Origin: Kiritimatiellia bacterium
GTDB lineage: Bacteria; Verrucomicrobiota; Kiritimatiellia; UBA8416; JABMPJ01
Assembly (NCBI GenBank): GCA_029939545.1
Contig: JAOZSS010000002.1
Location: 1 to 59,384 of the forward strand
DNA: 59,384 nt
Direction of reading: 5' to 3'
The notes under the pieces were generated by a model that had not been told where the DNA came from, did not search any database, and saw only the letters and a list, made by a program, of their open reading frames with translations. The stretch's first letter is position 1, and every line of letters begins with the position of its first letter. This document shows positions 45,117 through 54,343 of this stretch, piece by piece. A program made the translations under genes and the position numbers.

Positions 45117-46427
45117 GTGCGGCGATTCATCAATGAGCTCATCGCAGGCGAGATATCGCGGGCAACGCGGTACGGTGCCTGCGTGGTCCAGGTAGAGCCC
45201 CTCGGGTTTGACGACGGATTGCTGCTGGGCAAGTTGGATGCTCCCGCCCGTGAATCGGTTTCGCTGGACGAGTTCCGGGCGCATTCGCGGGCACGACCGA
45301 GCCCCGTTCATGTGTTGCTGAATGGGAATCTCAATCACCATTGCGACGTACAGGCATTGCTGCAGACCCTACACGAAGGACTCGGTCGTACCTCGCGCGT
45401 TGTAGCTGTGCTGTTCAGTCCGTACTGGGCATACGTCTATCGCGTGGCCACGGCGCTGGGTATTCGGAAAGGCGACATACCCACGACGTTTCTGACAGAG
45501 AGCGATCTCAGAAGTGTGGCGAAGCTGGCCGATTTTGAAGTTGTGCGGTTGCGTCATGTGGGGTTCATCCCATTCCGCATGCTGGGGCTTGGCACGTGGA
45601 TTAACCGCTTCCTGGCCGCCTGTCCTGGTCTGCGATGGCTCAGTATGACGAACGTCGTGGTGCTGCGTCCGATAACCCATGCCCGGGAGCGTCCTTCCTT
45701 GTCGATCATCATCCCGGCGCGGGATGAAGCGGGCAACATCGAAAACGCGCTGAAGCAGTTGCCCAGGCTGGGCGTGTCGTTGGAGGTCATCTTCGTGGAA
45801 GGGCATTCGTCGGATGGGACTTGGGACGAGATCCAGCGAGTGCAGGCGCTCTACGGAGACAGGTTCACGATCAAGAGTCTGCAACAGGAAGGCGTCGGCA
45901 AGAGTGATGCGGTGAGAGTGGGCCTCTCGCATGCCTCGTCCGAGCTGCTCACGATCCTTGATGCCGATCTCACCATGCCCCCAGAGAAACTCAGCTGTTT
46001 CTACGAGGCCTATGTCGCCGAGAAGGCCGACTTCATTAACGGATCGCGACTACTCTATCCCATGGAAGGTGAGGCCATGCGTCTGCTCAACAAGGTGGGC
46101 AACCTGGTCTTCGCCCGTCTGTTGAGCTGGGTACTCGACCACGATCTGACAGATTCCCTTTGCGGCACCAAGCTCTTTCGGCGCGATGACTATGAACGGA
46201 TGACGGCATGGCGACGGGATTTTGGCGACTTCGATCCCTTTGGCGACTTTGAGCTGCTCTTTCCCGCGGCATCGCTGGGAATCGGCTGCATAGATATGCC
46301 GATTCGCTACCGTGATCGAACCTATGGCAGCACGAGCATCTCCCGGTTCAGGCATGGGATCATGCTCTTTAGGATGGCGTGGATCGGGTTCGCGAAAATC
46401 AAACTGGGTGCACGCCGTGAGCATTGA
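45117..46427 (+). CDS. family 2 glycosyltransferase with degenerate N-terminal methyltransferase-like domain
   Basis: LSIIIPARDEAGNIE, VIFVEGHSSDGT, ILDADLTMPPE (DxD) and a C-terminal amphipathic/TM tail, as in polyprenyl-phosphate sugar synthases. The N-terminal ~180 aa lack a GxGxG SAM motif. GTG start. Confidence 0.75.
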   Translation: MRRFINELIAGEISRATRYGACVVQVEPLGFDDGLLLGKLDAPARESVSLDEFRAHSRARPSPVHVLLNGNLNHHCDVQALLQTLHEGLGRTSRVVAVLFSPYWAYVYRVATALGIRKGDIPTTFLTESDLRSVAKLADFEVVRLRHVGFIPFRMLGLGTWINRFLAACPGLRWLSMTNVVVLRPITHARERPSLSIIIPARDEAGNIENALKQLPRLGVSLEVIFVEGHSSDGTWDEIQRVQALYGDRFTIKSLQQEGVGKSDAVRVGLSHASSELLTILDADLTMPPEKLSCFYEAYVAEKADFINGSRLLYPMEGEAMRLLNKVGNLVFARLLSWVLDHDLTDSLCGTKLFRRDDYERMTAWRRDFGDFDPFGDFELLFPAASLGIGCIDMPIRYRDRTYGSTSISRFRHGIMLFRMAWIGFAKIKLGARREH

Positions 46428-47151
46428 CAGTCCGGCTCGCGAAGCGCTCATTAGTCGCACGATCCTGTCGAAACCGTCCATGAGGCGGCTGTACGAAGAG
46501 CACTACAGTCAGTACCGAGATGTGATCGGTCGCACACCCACCAACGGGCTCCTGGTCGAACTGGGGGCCGGAGCAGGTTTTGCGAAAGAGTGTGTGCCGG
46601 GTATCATTACGACCGATGTGCTCGAGTACGAAGGTGTCGACCGAGTTGTCGACGCGACGGAGATGCCCTTTGCGGACGGTTCGGTTCGGTTCATCGGTAT
46701 GATCAACGTGTTCCACCACATACCGGACGTGGAGCGCTTCCTGCATGAGGTGGCCCGTGTGCTGTGCCGCGGCGGCCGGATACTGGTGGTGGATCAGCAC
46801 AACGGATGGATCAGTTCGCCCATCCTGCGGTTTCTTCACCATGAGCCCTATTGTCCGAACGAGCCGCAATGGGATTTCGATTCAAGCGGTCCGCTGTCGG
46901 GAGCCAACGGAGCCTTGGCTTGGATCGTGTTCCGCCGTGACCACGGGCGGTTTGAAGCGATATTTCCCGACCTCCACCTCGTACGTTACGAGCCCACCGC
47001 GCCTCTGAAGTACTGGCTGTGTGGCGGGCTTACGCGGTTGAACCTTCTACCGGGGTGGGCCTACCGATGTGTTGACCGTTTGGAAAGGTTTCTTCTGGCC
47101 CTGAGCAGCAACTTCGGCAGCTTCTGCTATGTTGAGATTGAGCGGCGGTAG
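46417..47151 (+). CDS. class I SAM-dependent methyltransferase
   Basis: Motif I LLVELGAGAGF, then DATEMPFADGSVRFIGMINVFHHI. GTGA overlap with the GT2 stop. Start uncertain (GTG 46417 or ATG 46480). Confidence 0.7.
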   Translation: MSIDSPAREALISRTILSKPSMRRLYEEHYSQYRDVIGRTPTNGLLVELGAGAGFAKECVPGIITTDVLEYEGVDRVVDATEMPFADGSVRFIGMINVFHHIPDVERFLHEVARVLCRGGRILVVDQHNGWISSPILRFLHHEPYCPNEPQWDFDSSGPLSGANGALAWIVFRRDHGRFEAIFPDLHLVRYEPTAPLKYWLCGGLTRLNLLPGWAYRCVDRLERFLLALSSNFGSFCYVEIERR

Positions 47152-47153
47152 CC

Positions 47154-48533
47154 CTATCCGTACGCCTCAGGGCCGGGCTCCGGGATCTCTTCGAGCAGTT
47201 TGGTGACGATGTCGATCGATCCGATGCCCTCGGAGTCTGCCGCGAAGTTGGTTAGGATGCGGTGACGCAACACCGGTGCCGCTGCGTGGCGGATATCGCT
47301 GCACCCCACATGGATCCGTCCCTCCAGCACCGCACGCGCCTTGGCGGCCAGAACAAGATACTGCCCGGCACGTGGACCCGCACCGGTCGAGACGAAGTTC
47401 TTGGTCACCTCGGGAGCATCGTCATATTGCGGCCGCGTGGCGCGCACCAGTCGGATGGCGTACTTCACGACGTGGGCTGACACGGGGACTTTGCGGACCA
47501 CTTCCTGTAGTTTCAGTACATCCTCCTTCGTGATCACGCACTCGGGTGTCTGCACGGTCCCGGCCGTTGTGGACCCGACAATCTCCTCCTCTTCGTGCGC
47601 CTCGGGATAGTCGACCCAGATGTTGAACATGAAACGGTCCAATTGCGCCTCGGGCAGCGGATAGGTTCCTTCCTGTTCAATCGGGTTCTGCGTGGCCAGC
47701 ACGAAGAACGGCGCATCAAGCTTGTAGGTCTCGTTGCCGACCGTGACGCGCTTCTCCTGCATGGCTTCCAGCAGGGCGGCCTGGGTCTTGGGTGGCGTAC
47801 GGTTGATTTCATCGGCGAGCAGCAGGTTGCAAAAGATGGGTCCCTTAACAAAGCGGAACTCCTTCTCGCCGGTATCGCGGTTGCTCTCCAACACCTCGGT
47901 GCCGGTGATGTCGGTCGGCATTAGGTCGGGCGTGAACTGGATGCGCTTGAATTCAAGGTTGAGGACCTTGGCCATTGTGCTCACGGTGAGGGTCTTGGCC
48001 ATGCCGGGCAGCCCGATCAGTAGCGCGTGGCCGTGGGCGATGATGCACATCAGGATCTGGTCGAGCACTTCGCGCTGACCAACAATGACTTTTCCGACCT
48101 CGGCGCGGATCGCATCGGCCCGGTCCTTCATCTTCTCAACCAGGGCGAGCTCATCGCTTGTTGTATCTGCGGCAGGCATTGCAGCGGACGTTGCAGTGGG
48201 CTCTGCGGCCGGTTCGGGGGCGGCTTCGCCCTCCTTCACGACCTCACCGTTCAAGCGGAAGGTGCAGACCGTCTCACCCAGTGTGATCACGTCGCCGTCC
48301 GCAAGCAGCGAGCTGGCTACCATTTTCCCGTTCAGGGCCGTGCCGTTGGAACTGTTGAGATCTGTGATCCGCCACGCATCGCCGTCGGGTTGCAGCTCGG
48401 CATGTTGACCGGATATTTCGCCGTCCTCGATAACCAGGTTGGCCTCTTCGTCGCGCCCTATGATCAAGGCGGAGTCGGGTAGCTCCATTTCCTGTCCGGA
48501 AAAAACACCTTCGGTGAAAACTAACTTGGGCAT
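47154..48533 (-). CDS. FHA domain fused to MoxR-family AAA+ ATPase
   Basis: FHA region ([24 protein letters not shown]...[14 protein letters not shown]). MoxR core ([82 protein letters not shown]). Confidence 0.85.
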   Translation of the reverse strand: MPKLVFTEGVFSGQEMELPDSALIIGRDEEANLVIEDGEISGQHAELQPDGDAWRITDLNSSNGTALNGKMVASSLLADGDVITLGETVCTFRLNGEVVKEGEAAPEPAAEPTATSAAMPAADTTSDELALVEKMKDRADAIRAEVGKVIVGQREVLDQILMCIIAHGHALLIGLPGMAKTLTVSTMAKVLNLEFKRIQFTPDLMPTDITGTEVLESNRDTGEKEFRFVKGPIFCNLLLADEINRTPPKTQAALLEAMQEKRVTVGNETYKLDAPFFVLATQNPIEQEGTYPLPEAQLDRFMFNIWVDYPEAHEEEEIVGSTTAGTVQTPECVITKEDVLKLQEVVRKVPVSAHVVKYAIRLVRATRPQYDDAPEVTKNFVSTGAGPRAGQYLVLAAKARAVLEGRIHVGCSDIRHAAAPVLRHRILTNFAADSEGIGSIDIVTKLLEEIPEPGPEAYG

Positions 48534-48561
48534 GCTGAGCTCCTTCTACGGTCCACAAACT

Positions 48562-49305
48562 CTAACGGGTAAGCTTTATTTCGCCAAGATCTTTGATTGA
48601 ACGCGTCACGCGAACACCGCCCAGTTTCGCGGCATAGTTGTGTCGGGGTAGGGGTGCACCCGGCTCGTACGACACGGGGTAGAGATCGCGCGCCCGCGTG
48701 ACCTGCCATCCGGGGCCCACATCCTTGAACAGGAGCAGCTTGAACGTGCGCCGGAACTCCCGGTGGCCTTCAGCCGATGACGTATCACGCACAAAGGTGC
48801 AGATGGCGCGGGCCGTGTTCCCACGGCCGGTGGTGCCTTCAAGACGGTGGATGAACTTCTTCTTGAAATAGGGTTCCGAGGCATTGACGATGTTCTTGAC
48901 CTTCTTGCGATCCTCCTTCGTGAGCGTGTTGGGTTCGCGGTGGAGGCGCAGCCCCTCGTAGAAACGATCCTTGTAGATCACGATCAGGTCATACTTGCGC
49001 ATCGGCAGTCCCTCGAACAGGAAACTGCGCCTGTTGCTGCCGGTGACCTTGCCTTTGTACACAAAACGGGGCTCATCCGCGGGAAGCGCCAGAACCTGCT
49101 CAATCGGGAGCCCCGGCGAGGCGATGGAGCCCTGGATGCCGCCCGTGGCGGAAGGGTCGGATTTTGTATAAAGGAAGCCGCGCCCGGGATCAATGGTGCC
49201 GTCGTCCCTGATGATACGAACACCCACTCCGACCGATTCCCGGGTCTCAGCCGTGGCTGTGCCGACCACAAGGAGGATGATGCCCAGGAGTGCGAGTGGC
49301 TTCAT
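48562..49305 (-). CDS. exported protein of unknown function
   Basis: Signal peptide MKPLALLGIILLVVGTATA. ATGA overlap with the upstream gene. No recognisable domain. Confidence 0.5.
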   Translation of the reverse strand: MKPLALLGIILLVVGTATAETRESVGVGVRIIRDDGTIDPGRGFLYTKSDPSATGGIQGSIASPGLPIEQVLALPADEPRFVYKGKVTGSNRRSFLFEGLPMRKYDLIVIYKDRFYEGLRLHREPNTLTKEDRKKVKNIVNASEPYFKKKFIHRLEGTTGRGNTARAICTFVRDTSSAEGHREFRRTFKLLLFKDVGPGWQVTRARDLYPVSYEPGAPLPRHNYAAKLGGVRVTRSIKDLGEIKLTR

Positions 49306-51497
49306 AATGTGTCCTTGGTTGCCTCGCGGTGGCCATCATCCTTGAGCTCATCTTCCGACATCTGTATCCAGCGATCGAATCGCTCAGCCTGGGGATGGAA
49401 CTGGAGGCGCTTGCGGGCTTCGACGCAGAAGGCCTTGAGCGAGGCGGTCGGTTCCTCCATGTCGATCAGGCAGTCGAGCAGGGTCTCCAAGGCGTCCCCC
49501 ATGTAGCTCGACGCCTCCAGGGCGTCGCAGTAGCCTTCCAGCAGTCGGCGGGCGCGGCGAGGCTGGCCTACCGATCGGTAGAGCTTCGCTTCCAGTAGCA
49601 TCAGATCTCCCGATATCTTACTCAGCGGGAATTGGCGTTCCCAGTTGCGCAATACATCATGCATTTCGGCATAGGCGCCCTGATCGAGAAAGGTCCGCGC
49701 TGTCTCGGAAGCCGCCGCTTCGAGTACGGCCTGGGTCTTCCAATCCTTCGAGCGTCCCCGCGACTGTGACCGGCGGTAGCTGCTCTGTACATCATCATAG
49801 TGCCGGGTCGCATCGTTCAGGTTCCCATCGAGAAACTCAACGTCGCCAAGGCGGATCTTGGCCCACTGGCGTGTCTCACCGGCACCACCGGAGAGTCTCA
49901 TGAGAATCTTGCGGGCGCCGACCAGGTCATCCATGTAATACATGAGGATTTCGGCTTTCCTGATCTGCAGCATGCTCCCGTCGGCTGCTCCAAATCGATC
50001 GGCCCAGTCGATGGCGGCCTTGGGGTCGACGACCGGGGCCACCGTGAGAAAATGGTCCTGTAGAGTCGTGAGGTGGTCGCGGGGCGCAGAGCGTTTGAGC
50101 GCATCCCAATGTTTGGAAAACAGTGTGGCCAGCAATACCTTGCCTTCTCCGAACGCGAGCGTGCGTCCCAGGTTGTTCCACATGCTCTTGTCCCAGTCGT
50201 GCGTCGGGTCCATGCCTTCCGGCGTTGCGCGGACGATGGCGAGACAGGCAGCACGAAAGGCTTCACGTGCCGTGGAGTCATCCAGCGAAGTTTCTGCATC
50301 GCTGTAGGCGTAGAAGGGGCGCACGGCTCGGGTCTTCTGCTTGCCCATGGCGGTGGTTAGGGCAATGGTGTGTTCGCGGACGCCCCTGAAGAGCCATGGA
50401 ATGCCGGATGCGCTGATCTCACGCTTGCCGGGCATTGTCCAGGTGTACGTGGTGTCCGCCGGGTTGCCCTTCGTCACGGCACCGACCCGGTAGTAAATGA
50501 GCGGCTTCTCGCCCTCGAACCAGTAGGTGTGCACCGGTTGCATGCGTATGACCGGCACGGGCGCGCCGTCGCGTGAGCCGACGCTCGCGAGAAGGGATCG
50601 TCCTGAACGAACAATCTCTTCATCGGCCACCACGCGGCTGGCCCACTTGGCGGTGCCAGGAAACTTCTCATACTTGGGGCGTGGGCCGCCTAAATCCTCC
50701 ATCGTGCTTCCCGGTGGCGCCCACGTCATCCATATGGCCCCTTTGTCCTCGATGAATGGACCCGGAATGCGGCAGGCGGAAAGGATGTCGAGCCGGTGCA
50801 GCCCTTCAGACAGGGTCCGGTATTGGCCGACGCCGCCCCACTTGTCGATCCGCTTGGAGAGCGAGATCGTCTTGCCGTTGATGCTAACCTTGGACTGCCC
50901 GGAAATGGTCATCGGCGCCAGCCATGTCCGGCCGGGCTTCTTCAGCTCCAGGTAAGAGAGCAGGTAGAACGCACAGGGGTCCGGGCGGCCCGTTGGGTCT
51001 CCTCCGATACAGAGCGCAGCCATGGGGTGACCCGGGTTCTGTCGGAAGTGTACGCGTGGACTGACCGATCCGAATCCGGCCAGGCGCGAGGCGGCCCCCA
51101 TGTCGCCGCGATCGGGATTGGCGCATAGGATCGAGCTCGGGGTCAGCCCGGTTTCGGGTTTCCACACCTTCAGGCTGCGCCCTGGCACCACGTAGATATC
51201 GACCGTGGTCCCTGCGGTGGGGGCCTCAACGACAGTGGCCAGGCCGGAGCCCTGATTGTGCCAGAGGGCATAGCTCTTCAGTGGGGACCCATCCTCCGCG
51301 AACGCGCGTGTTACAGGATAGGGTTCTGGGAGGATGCCGCCATCCGGAATGACGACGAAATAGCCCGCACTCTCATGCGTCGGAGCGGTGGAGAGGTGGT
51401 ACGTAAAGCGCAGGGGGGCTTCGCCGACCTTCCAGTCGGCTGCGACCGGGAGCGCCAAGCCAGAAATCAGTGCCAGCAACAGAAAACGGCTATTCAC
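49302..51497 (-). CDS. exported 731-aa protein of unknown function with helical-repeat (TPR-like) C-terminal third
   Basis: GTG start and signal peptide MNSRFLLLALISGLALPVAA. Overlaps both neighbours. No recognisable catalytic motif. Confidence 0.5.
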   Translation of the reverse strand: MNSRFLLLALISGLALPVAADWKVGEAPLRFTYHLSTAPTHESAGYFVVIPDGGILPEPYPVTRAFAEDGSPLKSYALWHNQGSGLATVVEAPTAGTTVDIYVVPGRSLKVWKPETGLTPSSILCANPDRGDMGAASRLAGFGSVSPRVHFRQNPGHPMAALCIGGDPTGRPDPCAFYLLSYLELKKPGRTWLAPMTISGQSKVSINGKTISLSKRIDKWGGVGQYRTLSEGLHRLDILSACRIPGPFIEDKGAIWMTWAPPGSTMEDLGGPRPKYEKFPGTAKWASRVVADEEIVRSGRSLLASVGSRDGAPVPVIRMQPVHTYWFEGEKPLIYYRVGAVTKGNPADTTYTWTMPGKREISASGIPWLFRGVREHTIALTTAMGKQKTRAVRPFYAYSDAETSLDDSTAREAFRAACLAIVRATPEGMDPTHDWDKSMWNNLGRTLAFGEGKVLLATLFSKHWDALKRSAPRDHLTTLQDHFLTVAPVVDPKAAIDWADRFGAADGSMLQIRKAEILMYYMDDLVGARKILMRLSGGAGETRQWAKIRLGDVEFLDGNLNDATRHYDDVQSSYRRSQSRGRSKDWKTQAVLEAAASETARTFLDQGAYAEMHDVLRNWERQFPLSKISGDLMLLEAKLYRSVGQPRRARRLLEGYCDALEASSYMGDALETLLDCLIDMEEPTASLKAFCVEARKRLQFHPQAERFDRWIQMSEDELKDDGHREATKDTL

Positions 51498-51831
51498 CTT
51501 TCGCTTTCTGCTTCTGCTTCGCGACGGGCCGTGCGAGCACTCTCTTTGCCGATACTCTGCCGCGCGTTTCCCTGAGCTTCGTGATCAGCACGGGCGGCTG
51601 TGGCGGCTTCTTGGCTTCGGTTCGCGATAGCGGGGTTACGGGACAGCAGCAACACGCATCCATCGTATCTGCCGATGAAGCGGTACGCGGTGGCGCAGGC
51701 GGCTTCTTGCGGTTGACCGGAGGCGGAACAAAGCCCTGTTCGTCGGATCCATCGCCAGCGCCCAAGACGGTTCCCGAGCACAGTGTGGCGGCCAGAATAG
51801 GCACCAAACCTCTGCTAAGCTTCTTTTTCAT
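51490..51831 (-). CDS. small exported Pro/Lys-rich protein with CCCC motif
   Basis: Strong GGAGG Shine-Dalgarno 6 nt upstream of ATG 51831, 20 nt after the ycaO stop. Signal-peptide-like MKKKLSRGLVPILAATLCSGTVLGA. Mature part is PPPVNRKKPPAPP...DACCCCPVTPLS...KKPPQPP...KQKQKAKGE. Confidence 0.45.
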   Translation of the reverse strand: MKKKLSRGLVPILAATLCSGTVLGAGDGSDEQGFVPPPVNRKKPPAPPRTASSADTMDACCCCPVTPLSRTEAKKPPQPPVLITKLRETRGRVSAKRVLARPVAKQKQKAKGE

Positions 51832-51851
51832 ACGCGACCTCCATCTGCATA

Positions 51852-53102
51852 CTACCACCCGCTCGGATAGGAGTTCAAGACCTCATCCCGGGTCCATCGC
51901 CGATACAGAACGTGACTGTTAGGAGGATGGTAGGGGAGCGCATCCGAATAGCCCGGCACGACGACCTGCACCACGGGGAATCCGATCTCCGGATCGGTGA
52001 AATCAACCACGAAGCAGTCGAGACCGAGCTTGGCATAGATGGCGAGGGCCTGCTCAATGTCGTCCAGGCAGTCGTCTGACGGGGTGCCCGGGTCAAATGG
52101 AACCCGCTCACCGTCTTCGAGGAAGGCGGCATGCGTGAACGGTACAAACCCGAACATGAAAGCGGAGAGGAGGTTGTCTTCGTCATCTCCCGTACATTTC
52201 AGGTTGCGGAAATCATGCTTCAAGACGCGCTCCTGGTCGGCAGGCCGGGCTTCGATGAACTCGTCCAGCCGCCGCCCCTGCACGTACTCGGTGAAGACGC
52301 GTGTCAGGGCCAGCTCGCGGTTGAAGGCCGCACCGACCTTGAAGAAGTGATGAAACTGGAACGCCTCGGGAATGTTTGGGTCGCGGAAGTAGGCCCCGAT
52401 ACAGGGCAGCTCTCCTCCGAACGAGAGATCCTTGATCGTGACCTCAATGCCCTTCTCCTCCACAAAAGCCAGTAGCTCCTGAATCATCGGACTTGGAATC
52501 GATGCGGGGTCGATCGTGGGCACCACCATCCTGTTCTTGAGGATGGTGATGTGCGTACGGCGCTCGAAGATCTCGGTCATCGCGTGAACCAGGGCCTCCT
52601 CCAAACGGTTCCCGGACGCCAGTCCGTTGGGTCCGCTGATCAGGCGGATATACTCAATGGGCAGTGAAACGGTCTTCTTGCTCAGCAGCGAGAAGCCGTC
52701 GACCCAGTGTCGCGCACAGTCGAGCGCCTTGATGCACTCCAGCAGCGCCGGTGTGAGGCTGGATACATGTGGCAGCATCGCTTCAATCGGTAACGCGTCT
52801 GCAATCTCGTCCTGGTATCCAACCCTGTAGCCTGGCAGCGACGTTACCGCGCGCGCCGCCATCCATTCAGCACTCTCAGCCAGCGCACCGGCCCGGCTCC
52901 ACATCTTGGAGGTCCCTTTGCCCATCGCCCGGAACTCAAGCTCATCAATAAACAGGGCCGACCAATGCAGGTGCTCCGCCACCTCTTCTTCGATGAATCG
53001 GTAGTCATATCTGGCGCGCAGGATCGGCTCCAGGCGAGCAACCGTATGCTCCGGTGTCTCGCAACGCCCCCCCGCTATTCGTTTACAGCTTTGTAGTTTC
53101 AT
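51852..53102 (-). CDS. ycaO: YcaO-domain protein (ATP-dependent amide-backbone activating enzyme family)
   Basis: RCETPEHTVARLEPIL, GKGTSKMWSRAGALAESAEWMAAR (E-x-x-E ATP/Mg site), GPNGLASGNRLEEALVHAMTEIFERR and VVVPGYSDALPYHPP near the C-terminus. Confidence 0.85.
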   Translation of the reverse strand: MKLQSCKRIAGGRCETPEHTVARLEPILRARYDYRFIEEEVAEHLHWSALFIDELEFRAMGKGTSKMWSRAGALAESAEWMAARAVTSLPGYRVGYQDEIADALPIEAMLPHVSSLTPALLECIKALDCARHWVDGFSLLSKKTVSLPIEYIRLISGPNGLASGNRLEEALVHAMTEIFERRTHITILKNRMVVPTIDPASIPSPMIQELLAFVEEKGIEVTIKDLSFGGELPCIGAYFRDPNIPEAFQFHHFFKVGAAFNRELALTRVFTEYVQGRRLDEFIEARPADQERVLKHDFRNLKCTGDDEDNLLSAFMFGFVPFTHAAFLEDGERVPFDPGTPSDDCLDDIEQALAIYAKLGLDCFVVDFTDPEIGFPVVQVVVPGYSDALPYHPPNSHVLYRRWTRDEVLNSYPSGW

Positions 53103-54343
53103 CCTGTTCTCAACCCCGGTGGTGGCACGCCCTCACCCGGCGAAAGCCACCCATCAATATCGGTTGCAGCTTGAATCCCCTCTGCGATGCATTGGGCGAC
53201 GGTGGCGCCGCCATTCAGCATGCCGCCGGCGGTGAAGACGTTGTCGGCGGATGTGTCGGGGAGGTCGTCGGCCACTCCGAGTTCCATCGCTTCAATGACG
53301 AGGGATACGGGCATAATCCTCTCGCCTCCGGTCATGGCACGTCCTGCGGACGGCGGCAGGACATGTGCGACGCGCAGACCTGTCACACGGCCCCGCGCGC
53401 TCGTCTCGTACCCCAACGGCTGTGTGAGCGGAAGGTAGTGTACCCCTTCGCTCTTGAACCAGTCCTCGCTCCGATGCCAGTGCATTTCCGAGCGCGGCCC
53501 TCCATAGACAATGTAGACGTTGCGTGCCCCCAGCCTCTGCGCGGCGACGGCGGCGTCCATGGCACAGTCGTCGCCGGCGAGTACCACGACTTCGTCGGGA
53601 ACAGTGGTGCGTGATCCGGCTTTGGTCTCACGAAGAAAATCGATACCGCTCATCACGTTCTCTGCCGCCCCCAGTGAAGACTCCTGCCATAAGCCAACGG
53701 CGACGAGGACGGCATCGTAACGGCTGCATAGCGACTCGAGTTCAATATCCTGCCCGAGCGCTTCTCCCAGGCGCAGGGTCAGGCGGCCGACCGACAGGGC
53801 CGGCGCGAGCACGGCATCGATCTCCGGTTGGATGTTGGGCAGGCGGCGCGATGGAATCAGGATGTGAGGCGTTCCACCCAAGGCGCTTTCCCGCTCGATG
53901 ATCGTAACGCGGTGTCCCTGTTCGAGGAGCCTGACCGCGCACGCGATCCCCGTGGGGCCGCCGCCCACGATCCCAATGTGTTGTCCAGACTCCCTGTCCG
54001 GCAGGACTACGCCCGGCAGACCGGTGTCACGCGCCAGCCATGCTACGGTGTACTGAATGTCCAGGATAGGCGTGGGATCCTGCCCCAACGCACGTTCGAC
54101 GCGGGCGCCTTCGTTGAAGATCCACGGGGGAGTCAGATGCGAGCACAGCTCGGGCAGCGGGTTGGTCTGTCTCAGGATCTCGTAGCTGCGGGCACTGTCG
54201 CCATCCGCGAATGCCTTGACGAAGCCCGATACATCGGTGTGGTCTGGGTAGGCCGCACTGTAGCACGCTAAGGCGGACGCATGACAGCGACGCGCCTGGT
54301 CGACCAGACGATCGGGATCGTATGTTTCCGAGGGGCTACTCAT
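53099..54343 (-). CDS. GltD-like FAD/NAD(P)H oxidoreductase with degenerate N-terminal Fe-S domain
   Basis: Two dinucleotide folds (IGIVGGGPTGIACAVRLLEQGHRVTIIERESALGG; VVVLAGDDCAMDAAVAAQRLGARNVYIVY). N-terminal helical region is like the glutamate synthase small subunit, but the Cys ligands are largely absent. Confidence 0.75.
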   Translation of the reverse strand: MSSPSETYDPDRLVDQARRCHASALACYSAAYPDHTDVSGFVKAFADGDSARSYEILRQTNPLPELCSHLTPPWIFNEGARVERALGQDPTPILDIQYTVAWLARDTGLPGVVLPDRESGQHIGIVGGGPTGIACAVRLLEQGHRVTIIERESALGGTPHILIPSRRLPNIQPEIDAVLAPALSVGRLTLRLGEALGQDIELESLCSRYDAVLVAVGLWQESSLGAAENVMSGIDFLRETKAGSRTTVPDEVVVLAGDDCAMDAAVAAQRLGARNVYIVYGGPRSEMHWHRSEDWFKSEGVHYLPLTQPLGYETSARGRVTGLRVAHVLPPSAGRAMTGGERIMPVSLVIEAMELGVADDLPDTSADNVFTAGGMLNGGATVAQCIAEGIQAATDIDGWLSPGEGVPPPGLRTG

